Below, piece by piece: positions 10,650-23,450 of a stretch of 64,000 bases of DNA; position 1 is the first letter of the stretch; the number at the start of each line of letters is the position of its first letter. The notes under the pieces are model-generated. The model made no database searches. It was not told the origin of the DNA and was given only the letters and a program-made list of their open reading frames with translations. A program made the translations under genes and the position numbers. Origin of the DNA: Squalus acanthias (lineage: Eukaryota); contig CM059431.1 of the NCBI GenBank assembly GCA_030390025.1, positions 69,006,001 to 69,070,000 on the forward strand, given 5' to 3'.

Positions 10650-11855
10650 GGGTACAGAAATCTTATCAACGAGAGGTCTTGCTATCATTGAAATCTCTAT
10701 CTTTGGCAAAGTCATCATTTCCAATTGCTTAGCCTTTGGCCCTCCATTCAACATGTTACCTCTGCAGCAGCTGATTTTCTCAACCACTCCCTCACCTCTA
10801 TTTTGATACCTTAGCAAAGCCTTCACTATCTCCCAGCACTGTCATTTCCTCTTGTATGGTCCCCACCTTCAATCCCTCAAGTCCAAGAGACACAAACCTG
10901 AGTGTAGCTGGTGCAGAAATGGTTTAGCCATCTATCATCAGATTTGGCTTGACCACAACAAGTTCCATTGGGTTTTGCTCTCCTCTGCCAAAACTGTCCA
11001 CTATTCTAAGGATAAAGATAACCCCAGGCTCGTTCTCTCTACTACCAATTGCCTTCTCCCTCTCCCCTGCCCCATCTCCCTCATCACCTTTAAGTGAGTG
11101 TGAGGTGCTCATGCATTTTTCATCATCAAAATAGAGACCATCCATTCCACTACCTGCACTATTTCTCTTGCCTCCTTGGCCAAACCCTCCTAGACCCCCT
11201 TCCATTCTAGCCTTATATTTCTGTCTCTCATAGTTCCTCTTGCACCTCCCCCCCCCCCCCCCCACACTCTCAAAGCTAATCTCAGCCATGAGTCTATTTT
11301 ATTGACAGAGATAAGAGGAGAAAAAAAATCACAAAATGCACTCATGAATTTTTATTTATAACTAGTCTATCTCCCTATCTCCCATGGTGTTATAAGATCA
11401 ACTGCAGTATTCAAGTCAAGAGAATAAGGGAAGGGGATAAGAAGTCCTTGAACATGTAACACCCACATTCATGCCCACCTTCCAGCAATTCTATGTTTGA
11501 ATACCTCCAATCGGGTTTCCGCCTCTGCTACTGCAATAAAATGGCCTTAATCAAAGTCACAAATGACATTCATTGTGACTGTATCAGTGGTGTACTATCC
11601 CTCCTCATCCATCTTGATCTCTCTGCAGCCTTTGCCATGGTCAATCACACCATCCTCTTCCAACGCCTCTTCTCCATTGCCCACCTCAGTAGGACTGCCC
11701 TTGCTTGGTTCTACACTTACCTATCAAACCGTAGCCAGAGCATTTCCAGCAATGTGTTCTCTTTCTATCCCTGCACCATTACCTCTGGAGTCCCCCAACC
11801 TTGGCCCCCTGCTCTTCATCGTCTACCTGCTGTCCCTTGGTGACATCATCTGAAG
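10650..11855 (+). mobile_element. L2-clade LINE fragments (decayed)
   Basis: LQSGFR...ALIKVTNDI...LLIHLDLSAAF...LAWFYTYLSNRSQ...TSGVPQ at 11493-11850; older, more decayed sequence at 10650-11300. Confidence 0.75.
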
Positions 11856-11859
11856 ACTT

Positions 11860-14800
11860 GTAGCATGGCAAGTGGCGAGGCTGGAGGATGCATCCTGCAG
11901 GGTTCTTGGCTACCTTACACTCTGTCCCTTCTTACTGATATCTCACCCTCACACACTATGCATTGCAAAGTGAAGGTGCTTTTAGCAGCCACTGATCTGT
12001 CTCTGCTTATCCTTGACACTAAATGCTAATCCCTGTTCCTCTCTTCCCTTTCAAGTCAAGAAAATGTAGAGCACCCAGAGGCTGAAGAGCTGGAAGAGAA
12101 CTTCACTCAAAGTGACACAGCATCATTCAACCTTATTTTAGCAGGCACCAGCTCAGAGACTGGCACTGTGTGTACTTTAGAGGATCGACTAGAAGGGTCT
12201 GTACTAGGAGACTCACCGAGCACTAGTGTGCAGGAGAATGGGCAAAGGGATGGGACGGCCCAGGAAGCAGCTTGCCGGAGGGAGAGCTTGCATCTGAGCC
12301 CTGCTTCAGAGGGCACAGATGAAGATGTTGAGGGCAAAGCCTACATTCAAAGACTGATTTCTATACACTAGGACATTTTAAGTGCTTGCACACAATGTCA
12401 GAGAACACGGAGAAATCCAGCTCTCATTTGTGTGGGTTTGTCCAGCACGGCATTGAGACCATGCAGTCAATCATGGAGTGAGTAGTCAGCTGTATGATCA
12501 TTGCATTGGGGCCCACAATGATGGAGCATCTGGTGACAGCTCTGATAGCTTTGCTAGGAGCTCAGACTGCTGGTATCATGACTCTGAGGTCGAGTATCTC
12601 CTCAGCCTTTTAATCCATGAAGGAGAGCATAAATAGGAGTGTGGAGAGCATAGATAGGGGCTTCCAGGGCATCACTACATTCCTTCACTCTGTTCTCACA
12701 CAGAGCAGAGGGAGTGTAGACGCACAAACCCATGACACTAGCATTGGCTCCATGGGAGAAATTCATGCTGTCCTCTCTCAGGATGCCAGAAATCCTGCTC
12801 CGCTACCAGCCTCTTAACCAGTGCCTTTTTTGGTTCTACAGTCAGCTGGACCAGACTGCCCCAGCCAATGCCGAGGAACAGCAGTCTGCAGCCAGGCCCT
12901 CAAGCATCAGAGCTGTTCAAGGTCACCCCGCTACGGCCATCTCAAGTACCCTCAGTGGTGATCAACAGCATCCCACCTCCCAGGCGACCATCTCAAACAC
13001 TAGAATAGGTAAATGAACAGAGAGGCCAGTCACTGTGGGATTGACTAGGGTGATTTCATTTCAATATTAAGAGAAAGAAAAGTTGTTATATCCACAATGT
13101 ACATGATGTTAAGTAGAGATTTTTTGTTGCATTGATGTTGGTCTTCATATTCTTAGTTATGCAAGAGGAAGATCGATGACACAGTAGTGTTGGAGGGCAT
13201 TCAAAAGGTGGATAGAATAACTGTGTCAAATGGTAGTACTGTTAGCGTTTTGGGTGAGTGTTTGCTTAGGAGATTCTCTTGGGAGCATTGCTCAGTCTTG
13301 ATCGTCTTCCTCATCCTCTTCTTCCTCATTCCGTTCTTCACCGTACTCCTGCACATCTTCCTCCTGTTGCGGTTGCAAGGCTTGGCCCCTCTGAATGGCA
13401 TAGTGGTGTAACATGCAGTAATCCACTAAAAATCTGGAGATTTGTCAGGGCTATACTGCAGGACTCTATCGGATTGGTCCAGGCACTGAAACATTTGCTT
13501 TAGGATGCCTATGGTTTTGTTAATGTGAGCTCTGGTTTAACTGTGGCTCTCATTGAATCGGCGTTCAGCGTCTATGCCCGAATTCCTGACAGGAGCCGTG
13601 AGCCAGTTCTAGAGCGGATACCCCCTGTCTCTTAAGAGCCATCCTGACTCCCACTGGTCTGGGCCGAAGACATGGGGGATTGAGGACTGGCGTAGTCTGA
13701 AGGCATCATGATAATTGCCAGGAAAATGGGCACAGACCTGCATTATTCGCTGCCTGTGGTCACAGAACAGCTGAACATTGAAGAAGTGGAACCCTTTTCT
13801 GTTATAAAACATGGTTCTTGATTAGGATCATGCAGGACAACATGTGTGCAGTCAATTACACCTTGCACCTAGGGAAATCCAGTGATGCAGGAAAATCCTA
13901 GAACTCTATCCTTCTGATCAGCAGCCTGCTTTGGGAAGGTGATGTATTGCTCTCTCCTTGTGAAGAGGGGATCCGTTACCTGCTTGATGGCCGTATGGAC
14001 AGCAAACTGACCGATGTTGCTTACATCATTTGTTGCATCCTGGAATGACCCTGCGGCATAGAAGTTGAAGGCCACCATAGGCAACACAGCCACAGGCAAT
14101 ACTGTGTGTACCCTGGTGTTTGATTTCAATTGTTGCTGCAACAGGTGACATAACTCAGTGACTACCTGCTGAAGCACAGCCTCCTAATACACTGCTCCTC
14201 AGCCATGTTGAGGTACGACATGCTGTTGCAAAACATCCACACGCTGTAAAGAAAGCTCTTTGGCCCTTGCCTCCTTCCCCCTCTTGTTTGAACATAAGAA
14301 CATAAGAAATAGGAGCAGGAGTAGGCCAATCGGCCCCTCGAGCCTGCTCCGCCATTCAATAAGATCATGGCTGATCTGATCCTAACCGCCAATCTACTAT
14401 CTATCACAGAACCATCTCCTGCATCTAACAGAATTGCACACACGAAATAGGAGCAGAATCAGGCTACACAGTCCCTGGGCCCGCTCCACTACCCACAGGG
14501 CCATGACCGATCCGAACCTAGACTCATGTCCAAATTCCTGCCCGCTCCCCGTAACCCTTAATGCCCTTTACTTCTAGGAAACTGTCTATTTCTGTTTTAA
14601 ATTTAATTAATGTTGTAGCTTCTACAGCTTTTTGTGGCAGCATATTCCATGGACCTACCACCCTCTGAGTGAAGTAGTTCCTCCTCATCTCAGTTTTGAA
14701 AGAGCAGCCCCTTATTCTAAGACTATGTCCCCTAGTTCTCGTCTCACCCGTCATCGGGAACATCCTCCCCGCATCCACCCGATCCAACCCCTTCACAATC

Positions 14801-15520
14801 TTATATGTTTCAATAAGATCGCCTCTCATTCTTCTGAACTCCAATGAGTAGAGTCCCAATCTACCCAACCTCTCCTCATATGACCACCCCCTCATCCCCG
14901 GGATTAACCTCTACAGGTCTGTCCTGCTGCTGTTGCCACTACTGTGGCATCTTCAATAGTAATCCCAGCAACATTTGCATCTTTTCCAGTACTCCTGCAG
15001 CCAATGAAGTACAACAGTGCAGCTGCAGCCAAAAGTCAGCCCTCCAGCAGCTCTATTGTATCAAAAATGTCAGAACATGGTTCCAAAAATACACAGCTGT
15101 CAAAAACGGCAATCCAGAGACTTACCTTAATGGAAGTGGGGATCCCTTTAAATATTGCTGTTTCAGCCTGCTTCATAAATGTTTGCTTCATGTTTTTATG
15201 GGTGGGCATCAGAATGAGTGAATCAAAAGCTCCCAGGCAACAAAAGCATTCCCAATACAAGCGCAGGACCCCTAGTTAAATATTTAATGAGGACAGCGTT
15301 CATTTCAAGTGGGTGCCAGATGTGCCTAAGGAGCACTTAAACCAATATGGTGGCCGCTGCTTTTTGTGGGCAATTCCGGCGCAGGACATCTCATTGTGAA
15401 ATTGGTAAGTGGAACGACAATTTCGCACCCAAAAATGTGCCGAACACAAATGAATTTCTACCTCATGAGTATCTTTGCTCGTGGTTTCGCGCCAGCAGCT
15501 GTAGTGCGAGAAATTCTGAG
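11860..15520. mobile_element. Old two-gene Harbinger copy (Myb-like + ~11860-13020; transposase - ~13280-15010) interrupted by a CR1; boundaries approximate
   Basis: FYNRKGFHFFNVQLFCDH...FPGNYHDAFRLRQS...WLLRDRGYPL (13609-13812) and FYAAGSFQ (13869-14177). The Myb-gene exon-3-like sequence at 12060-12370 resembles 3493-3770. Confidence 0.8.
14291..14910 (-). mobile_element. Young CR1 LINE 3' fragment
   Basis: Open RT C-terminus (14524-14895), TTCTTATG-type tail repeat; nearly identical to 24848-25470. Confidence 0.95.
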
Positions 15521-15879
15521 AACCAGGAGCCACCCACGTGCAGGCGAAGAAGGCAAACTCAGGGCGGGGAAGAGGAGAAACCGAAGGTGGGAGAGGGATT
15601 CGCAAGGGGAGAGGAACCAGAGCTGGAAGGAACTTTGATTCCACCAGTATCTAGTAGTGATTTGGTAATGCTCAGATTTCCCTTATAACAAAACAGTACA
15701 CAATAACTTACTGATGTAACTGGTAGTAATAGGTGTAGCACCCCGATATCCTACATATAACTAGTAGTAATCCTGTAACCCTCTGATATTCACCCTGTAA
15801 CTACAGCCAGAATCCCCCCTGCACTGAACAAGGTCGGGTCAGGCTCCCCAGTCGATGCCACTTTTAACTTGCCCCATCT

Positions 15880-16430
15880 CTCTCCCTATCGCCTTGGACT
15901 CTGGTTTGGACTCAAGTTCTGTGTGAAGGAGACAAGTCTGAACTGGGAGCATCAGTTAGAGCCGATCTGCACTTCACATGCCATAAGCAGCCAGCACAGA
16001 CCGACTTGAACCAAACCAAGAAAATGCACAAAGGGCAGCGGGCTCAGTGTTTGGGACATTTCCTACAGAGTAGACCATCTTAAACATAGCTCAGCACCAA
16101 CATTTCTAAACCACCTCCTGGGCTCGGACTCAATGAAAGAGAGTTTTCATAGAATCATAAAAATTACAGCACTGGAGGAGGCCATTTGGCCCCTGGCAGT
16201 CTTTCCTGTAACCCCATTCCTGCCATATCCTTTTATATTCCTCCTTTTCAAATACTTATCCCATTCCCTTGTAAATGATGCTCTAGTCTTTGCCTCAATA
16301 GCCACATGGTGAAGCATCCCATGGTCTAATAGCCCTCAGTTCAAAGATATTCCTTCCCCCTTGATTCTGCCAGTGAGACACCTCAGTCTCCATCCTCTTA
16401 TTTCCCATTCATCCACCAGTGGAAACAAGG
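15880..16430 (+). repeat. Copy 1 of a ~550-bp dispersed direct duplication (copy 2 at ~20490-21045)
   Basis: Shared blocks CCTTGGACTCTGGTTTGGACTC, TCTGAACTGGGAGC, AGCCAGCACAGAC, CACAAAGGGCAGCGGGCT, TCAGCACCAACATTT and AAATTACAGCACTGGAGGAGGCC in the same order. Confidence 0.85.
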
Positions 16431-16744
16431 AAAAAGATCATGCAGAGCATATCCTTTGGGATTTAAAAAAATAGATAGAGTTGATGTTATGGTAGATTCC
16501 ACAAGTTTTTTAAAGTAAGTTTGGAGTAAGTTCTAGGTTAAATGGCCTTTTCTCATTCCATGCTTTTCTGCAACCCCAATTTTCTTCATTGCTCTCCAGA
16601 AGGTACAGTTCTTTAAGTGCCGGTAGGTTTACATTACCTCACTCAAGTGACCTATCTTCACATATGAACCTAGAGAGTATATGCTCGCAGGCTAATCAAA
16701 CACAAGATTCCCAGGTCTGTCCTTGTCTTATATCTAGAAATTTG

Positions 16745-17765
16745 TACATCTTAAAGGAGGAGAGAGCAGTAGAGAGCTGGAGAGGTTTAGGGAGGGACTT
16801 CCAGAGCTTAGGACCTTGGCAGCTGAAGGCACGGCCACCAATGGTGAAGCGATTAAAATTGGGGATGCACAAGAGGCCAGAACTGGAGGAGTGCAGAGAT
16901 CTTGGAGGGGTGTAGGCCTGGAGAAGGTTACAGAGATAGGGAGGGGGGTGAAGTCATGGAGGGATTTCAAAACAAGGATGAGAATTTTAAAATTGAGGCA
17001 TTGCCGGGCCGAGATCCAATGTAGGTCAGCAATGGGTGAACGGGACATAGTGCGAGTTAGGATACAGGCAGCAGAGTTTTGGATGAGTTCAAGTTTATGG
17101 AGGATGGAAGATGGGAGGCTGGCCAGAAAATCGTTGAAACAGTCAAATCTAGAGGTAACAAAGTATGGATGAGGGTTTCAGCAGCAGATGAGGGGAGGCG
17201 GGGTGGAGTTGGGCGATGTTACGGAGGTTGAAGTAGGCGGTCTTGGTGATGGAGCAGATGTGTGGTCAGAAGCTCACCTTAGGGTCAAATACGACACCAA
17301 GATTGCGAACAGCCTGGTTCAGCCTCAGACAGTTGCCAGGGAGAGTTATGAAGTTGGTGGCTTGGGAATGCAGTTTGTGGTGGCCACCGAACACAATGGC
17401 TTTGGTCTTCCCAATATTTAGTTCGAGGAAATTACTGCTCATCTAGTACTGGATGTCGGACAAGCAGTGTGACAAATTAGACACATTGGAGAAGTTGAGA
17501 GAAGTGGTGGTGAGGTAGAACTGGGTGTCGTCAGCATACATGTGGAACCAGACATTGTCTTTTTGGATGCTGTCACCAAAGGGCAGCATGTAGATGAGAA
17601 ATAGGAGGGGGCCAAGGATAGATCCTTGGGGGACTTCAGAGGTAATGGTGTGGGAGCGGGAAGAGAAGCTATTGCAGGTGATTCTTTGGCTACGGTTGGA
17701 TCGATAAGAATGGAACCAGGTGAGGACAGTCCTACCCAGTTGGACAACAGAGGAGAGGACAGGTG
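16745..17765 (-). mobile_element. L2-clade LINE, RT C-terminal fragment
   Basis: TSEVPQGSILGPLLFLIYMLP...HMYADDTQFY motif (17443-17769); LHW...FKILILVLKSLH (16734-17048). Confidence 0.88.
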
Positions 17766-17969
17766 ACATCTAAGTAGTAATATCAAGTTATTTTGTGCAA
17801 TGTGTTACAGGAAAAATTGTGTATTGCACATACATATATGCAATGATCATTATATTGCAAATTGTACTAAAACATTTTTAGATTATTTGTCAAATTATAT
17901 CTGCTTCAATTCAGAGGAATGTTTTATACTGCTCCATACCACTTCTTATTTTTAAAATTGAGAAATCTT

Positions 17970-18753
17970 TGTAAGATTTGGATCACAGGTCACACATAGA
18001 TTACCCAAAGGGTCTTAGGAGTCGGAAGGCTTTTTATTAAAGAGCTACAGTTTAAAGCATAATCAGATATTACTACATGCGATTGAAATAGATACAGTAG
18101 ACGTCCAACCTGTGACAGATAAGGGCGATCTACGGCCCTGGAACGGAACGAAACAACCGGATGGACGGTGAGGCAGTACGGTGGTCTCGGATTGAGTGGA
18201 ATCCTGCAGTCTGCTGCAGCGGTCACTTCCGTTGGGCCATCCCTCGAGCTGTTGGAGGTGTTAGGCCGTCAGCCACCTCAGAGGCTAAACTTGGCCAAGG
18301 TGTTAGGCCATAGCCATCTCGGGGAAGCCTTCGCCCCTAACTGCCTGATTTCCTCTCTCGGTCGTCTATATTTATAGTTATTTTGGTCGGCTGGTGATTA
18401 CCTGGTGTCGATCATTTGTTCCCCATCCTATTGTCCAATTACAAGGGAGAGGCTACCTTTGACAGCCCCCTTCCAGCCTCATGAGGTCATTTTCCTCCTT
18501 ATCTCTGTTTTAAAGGTCTTGTTGCCCTCTTGTAGACAGTTTGTTTATCCTACAGCTCCTTGCTGCATCCCTTATCAGGCCTAGTTATGCCCACTCGAAG
18601 GCCTGTTTTTGTGTCCTGATCTCGTAATTCAGCTCTGTGTACAGCTATTTTTCTGACATGACTGGAATCTTTCTGTGTCATCAACTTAGGCAAACTTCTG
18701 ATCTAGGGAACCCGTAACAGACTATTAATTCTTTCAATTCACAATTTCTTACA
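17970..18753 (-). mobile_element. Solo LTR (784 bp)
   Basis: Perfect 7-bp terminal inverted repeat TGTAAGA...TCTTACA and 4-bp TSD TCTT (17966-17969, 18754-18757). On the - strand, TATAAATA at ~18370 and AATAAA at ~18035. Confidence 0.85.
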
Positions 18754-18774
18754 TCTTGCTGAAGAGCAAACTTT

Positions 18775-18967
18775 AGCCCGCTGCCAACCTAACCCGCCCC
18801 AGGAGAATGGGGCAGGTTCTGGTCAGATGCCCAATTTACACACCGCCTGATTTTATGCTCCATTAAAATAATGACATCAAAGGAGCATAAATTGAGCAGG
18901 GTGTAGATCAGGCGTCCAACCCAAACCAGCCCTAATCTCGCTGGGCGAGTTAGGTTAAATTCAGGGC
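18775..18967. mobile_element. Short fold-back (palindromic) MITE
   Basis: AACCTAACCCGCCC...TTTATGCTCC pairs imperfectly with GGAGCATAAA...GGGCGAGTTAGGTT over ~80 bp. Confidence 0.7.
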
Positions 18968-20489
18968 TTAATCTAGGACACCAATGAAAAGAGTAGAAGA
19001 GAAGATCAGATAAATCAAGAAATCAGTATTTTTTCCAAATGGTGGACTATACTGTCACCTTGTGGATAACTAGAAAACTATATTTTATGCCATTCAGCTT
19101 ATATTAAAGGATTATACAAAGGGGAAATACTTTCAATATACTCAATCATTATGTATAATTTTTTAATAATCAAGTATACTTCTCTTAATTATCATTAATT
19201 TAGTAATTTACTCAGGTGATCTGCCATTTGTACTCAGAACTGCTCTGATGACGTGCAGTAAAGGTGACTGCCAGAGCAGCTTTAGGCAATAACTTGAAAG
19301 TCAATGTTGGCAGATAGCATTGATGTTGATCCAGTGATATCCAAGTTGGAAAGAAAGTAGCATGTGTTAGTGAAGCTACTCTTGGTGCAAGCATGTATCC
19401 AAAATGGTATATCTCCATTCGAGCGACAGTGGATTATTAACTTGAAGAAAGGGAGATAGGTAAGCAATTGTTAAGAATTGGGTTAATGGGGGAATACTTT
19501 CCACTGAAGTACACTTGTTTAATGGACTGCATTTTTAGCTGCCGTAGTGGAGTGAAGGGCTCTCTTTCTCCTCAATAATCTGTGTTGTTTCAGATCTCTT
19601 GCTGTCAGAATGATACTGTGGTGTTATTTGAAGGTTTAATTTGCTCAGTTAGAAATATATTTTTCCAAGCTTAAGTCATTTTTTTAATAAAGTGTTGCAA
19701 ATTTGAAAGGACAAATTCCAATTTTTAGTGCATTGCAACTCACAAGGGATGTATATATATCTACCTATTTATTAAAAATCTTACAAATTTGTGCACTTCC
19801 TGTCTGCACCACTTGACATCCTGTTGGCACATTTTTGTCAAACTTTTTGTGCCAAATTTTCCAATATAAATTTCTATCACCGCATTTATAAGGGATACTG
19901 CCTATGTAAACTTGTCATGTTGATCACACAATCGTGGGTGAGTGTGGAGCAGATTTGCCACCAGCTCGGCTGCCATCTTTATTTTTTTTCTGAGTAAATA
20001 TTCCTAGCAGGCAAGTTGCTTTTAAACTTCAAATTTCAAGTTTTAAATTTAAGATTTTTGTTTCTCCCATCTAATATTAACAATTAGATATTCTTACCTG
20101 TAGGTTTTCTTGTTTAAACATTAAAGTCACGCCTCTTGGTCAGCAGCTCTGCCTCTTAACACTGCTGTTTTAGATGAGCAGCCTCTCACATGCTCAATCT
20201 CTTTAAGCCATGTGTTGGTTCCCCGATATTCACCTATTAGTAATCAGTACATTTTATATATTTAACATTTTAAGAATTTCAGTCTGTTCTCGGCTGCTAC
20301 TGCTTTCCGAACTTGTTGATCAGCTGCTCTGTGGCCCACTGTGTGGATTTTTCAAAAAAAGTTGTGGCCTCTTTTCAGCTGTTACTGCTCCGCTCCCTAA
20401 CTGTTTGGTGTTTGGGCGACCACTTCTTGGCTGCAGCTCTTGCTGGTCCCTGTGTGCTCGTCTGGCAGCTGCACTCTTTGGATTGCCAC

Positions 20490-21045
20490 TCTCCCTATCT
20501 CCTTGGACTCTGGTTTGGACTCTGATTCTGTATAAAGGTGACCACTCTGAACTGGGAGCCTCAGTCAGATCAGAGCCAATTTGTACTTGGACTTCACATG
20601 TCAGAATAGCCAGCACAGACTGACCTGAACCAAACCGTGAGATCACACAAAGGGCAGCGGGCTTGGTATTTGGGGCACTTTACAAGGGGCACATCGTCCT
20701 AAACTCAGTTCAGCACCAACATTTTTAAACTGATCTGTGGGCTTGGACGCAATAAAGGAGAATTTTCATAGAAAAATATAAATTACAGCACTGGAGGAGG
20801 CCTATGCTCTCTTCTGTAACCCCATTCCCCCGATCCTTTTATATTCCTCCTTTTCAACTTTTCAACCTATCCCTTTTAAACGATTTTCTCTTCTCTGCCT
20901 CAATAGCCACATGTTGAAGCATCCCATGGCCTAATAACCCTCAGTGCAACAACCTTCCTTCTCCCTTCCACATAGGTTCTTCCTGTGAGAATCCTCATAC
21001 TCCGTTTCCTAGTTCCCCATTCACCCACCAGGGAGAAACAATTTT
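20490..21045 (+). repeat. Copy 2 of the ~550-bp direct duplication
   Basis: Colinear with 15880-16430, including the same decayed CR1-like tail junction. Confidence 0.85.
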
Positions 21046-21269
21046 TCACTGTTTACCCACAGTAAAGTTCCCAGGTTTCACTCACCCCTTTACTGGCTGC
21101 TCTTCTCGCAACATTGCTCCCACTCACCACGTTGCTGCTTCTCCAAGCTCTGCAGGAAATGCTTAGCCCCACATCCACTCCATTCCCTAGACTCCCTCTC
21201 TCCCCCCAATCCCACCCCCACCATAGCCCCAATCCCCAGTCTCCATCTCTCAAGCCACCCGAGCCCCAA

Positions 21270-21595
21270 AGAAATTGATAGGGTAGATAGAGAGAAACTA
21301 TTTCCTCTTGTGGGCGAGTCCAGAACAAGCGGGCATAGCCTTAAAATTAGAGCTAGGCTGTTTGGGGTGATGTCAGAAAGCACTTCTTCACACCAAGGGT
21401 AGTGGAAATCTGAAACTCTCCCCAAAAAGCTATTGAGGCTAGGTCAGTTGAAAATTTCAAAACTGAGATTGGTAGATTTTGTATTAATAGGTATGGAACC
21501 AAGGTGGGTAGATGGAGTTAAGATACAGAACAGCCATGATCTAATTGAATGGTGAAATAGGCTCGAGGGGCTGAATGGCCTATTCCTATGTTCCA
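21270..21595 (+). mobile_element. CR1 LINE 3' fragment
   Basis: DRVDREKLFPLVGESRTSGHSLKIR-like coding remnant and the CR1 3' UTR CAGCCATGATCTAATTGAATGG...GAATGGCCT. Confidence 0.85.
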
Positions 21596-21599
21596 ATCT

Positions 21600-21870
21600 C
21601 TCAAACCTCCAGTCTCCCTCTCTTCTCCCCGGCCAAGCCCCAGTCGCCCAAGCCCCAGTCTCCCTCTCTCCCCCCGATCTCCTATGCTCTGACACCCATT
21701 CCCTAGTCTCCCTCTCTCCCCATTCACTAGTCTTCGTTTTTCCCCGAGCCCTCATCCCTTTTCCCTCTCTTATGACCCCCAGTACAGTCACTCTCTCCCT
21801 CCGCCCGACTAACCGGTCCCTGATTATCCACTCATCCCCCTCCAAGCCACAGTCCCCTGTCCCCTAGTCA
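21600..21870. repeat. C/T-rich low-complexity degenerate repeat (CCCCAGTC-like units)
   Basis: Repeated CCCAGTC/CCCTCTCT motifs; similar tract at 21160-21270. Confidence 0.6.
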
Positions 21871-21879
21871 CCACCACCA

Positions 21880-22567
21880 ACAACAACTTGCATTTATATA
21901 GTGCCTTTAACGTAGTAAAACATCCCAAGGCGCTTCACAGGAGCGTTATCAAACAAAATTTGACACCGAGCCACATAAGGCATTAAGATATTAAGACAGA
22001 TGACCAAAAGCTTGGTCAAAAAGGTAGGTTTTAAGAAGTGTCTTAAAAGCAAAAGAGGTAGAGAGGTTTAGGGAGGGAATTCCAGAGCTTAGGGCCTAAG
22101 CTGCTGAAGGCACAGCCACCAATGGTGGAGTGATTAAAATCGGGGATGTGCAAGAAGTCAGAATTGGAGGAGTGCAAAGATCTCGGAGGGTTGTAGCCAG
22201 GGCTGGAGGAGGTTACAGAGATAGGAAGGGGTGAGGCCATGGAGGGATTTGAAAACAAAAATAAGAATTTTAAAATTGAAGCGTTGCCAGAGCAGGAGCC
22301 AATATAGATCAGTGGGCACAGGGGTGATGGGTGAACAGGACTTGGTGCGAGTTAGAATACAGCAGAGTTTTGGATGAGAACAAGTTTATGGAGGGTGGAA
22401 GATGGGAGGCCAGCCAGGAGTGCATTGGAATAGTGAAGTCTAGAGGTAACAAAGGCATGGAAGAGGGTTTCAGCAGCAGATGAGCTGAGGCAGGGGCGGA
22501 GTCGGGCGATGTTACGGAGGTGAAAGTAAGCAGTCTTGGTGTGGGGCAGATATGTGGTCGGCTCACC
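21880..22567 (-). mobile_element. L2-clade LINE 3' end
   Basis: [46 protein letters not shown] (22352-22576); 3' tail ...GGCACTATATAAATGCAAGTTGTTGTTG on the - strand. Confidence 0.88.
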
Positions 22568-23089
22568 CTCGTCCATCCCAGCCCTGCACCTCTCCCTGCT
22601 CCGTCTCCCTCTCTGCTCTTAGACTCACGGTGACGTTTCTGGTCACCCCCAAGCAGGAGTCAGCTCACTGCAGCGGCAGGGGAATGGGGGGGCGGGGTGA
22701 CATCATCAAGGCAAAGCCTTCTCTGCAGTGGCAGCCAGTGATATAGTGGAACGGGGGATGCTGCTGTGGCGAGAAATAGAAAGGACTGCTAGAAGCAGTG
22801 GCCTAGAGATTCATGCCTCATTCCTGGAGACTCCCAGACAATCCGGGAGTGTTGGCAATCCTACCTAAGCTGCATTTATTGCCCATCCCTAAGTTGTCTT
22901 GAGAATGCGGTGGTGGGCCTTCCCCTTGAAATGATGGCGTTAAGTAGGGGAATTCCAGGAAATTGGCCCAGTGACAATGAAAAAACTTGCATTTATATGG
23001 TGTGTGACTTGGGAGAAATTGCAGTGATGGTGTCCCCAAGTCTTGCTATGTTGATGCATTTAGCAAGCGATGGATTTTAAAGGCTGTCC

Positions 23090-23450
23090 TTGCAGGCGGA
23101 TTCCAACGACCGCAGCGCGTGCTGACCAACTGCCACTCGCGCGCCCGGTCCCGCGGCGCCGGAAGTGCGTGTCAACAGAGCGGAGGGCTTTTTAATTTGA
23201 AATATTGAGTTAGATTTTCTGTAACTGGGATCGTTTTCGACAAATGATTCAGTGATTTGAAAAGAGGAGCGGTAAGTACAACATGTGATACAGATAATGA
23301 AAGTATGGCCGGATTGCCAGAGCCCTTCAATCGGCCGATCTGAGGGGAACGAGTAAAGCCGTTAGAGGCGGAGACCAGGCCCGATTCTGTCCCTTCAGAA
23401 ACAAGAAGGGGCGGGGCTCGGTTGCACTGGGCGGGGCTGCACTGGGCTAC
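23090..23450 (+). promoter_or_regulatory. CpG-rich promoter, probably of the DEUP1/CEP63-family gene
   Basis: Non-repetitive CpG cluster; ETS motif CCGGAAGTG (23159-23167); CHR-like TTTGAA (23197 and 23256); GC boxes GGGGCGGGGC (23408, ~23429); followed by a strong donor. Confidence 0.65.
23170..23271 (+). other. Putative non-coding first exon (start approximate)
   Basis: Ends at GAGCG|GTAAGT (donor at 23272), immediately downstream of the promoter motifs. Confidence 0.55.

Noticed and set aside
20320-20646. 108-aa - strand ORF as a protein-coding exon
   Set aside because: No recognisable domain, non-ATG start, and the paralogous segment at 15.9 kb differs by indels that break the frame.
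22810-22865. hAT-like terminus (TAGGATTGCCAAC on the - strand)
   Set aside because: No matching second end or 8-bp TSD found; too little to annotate.
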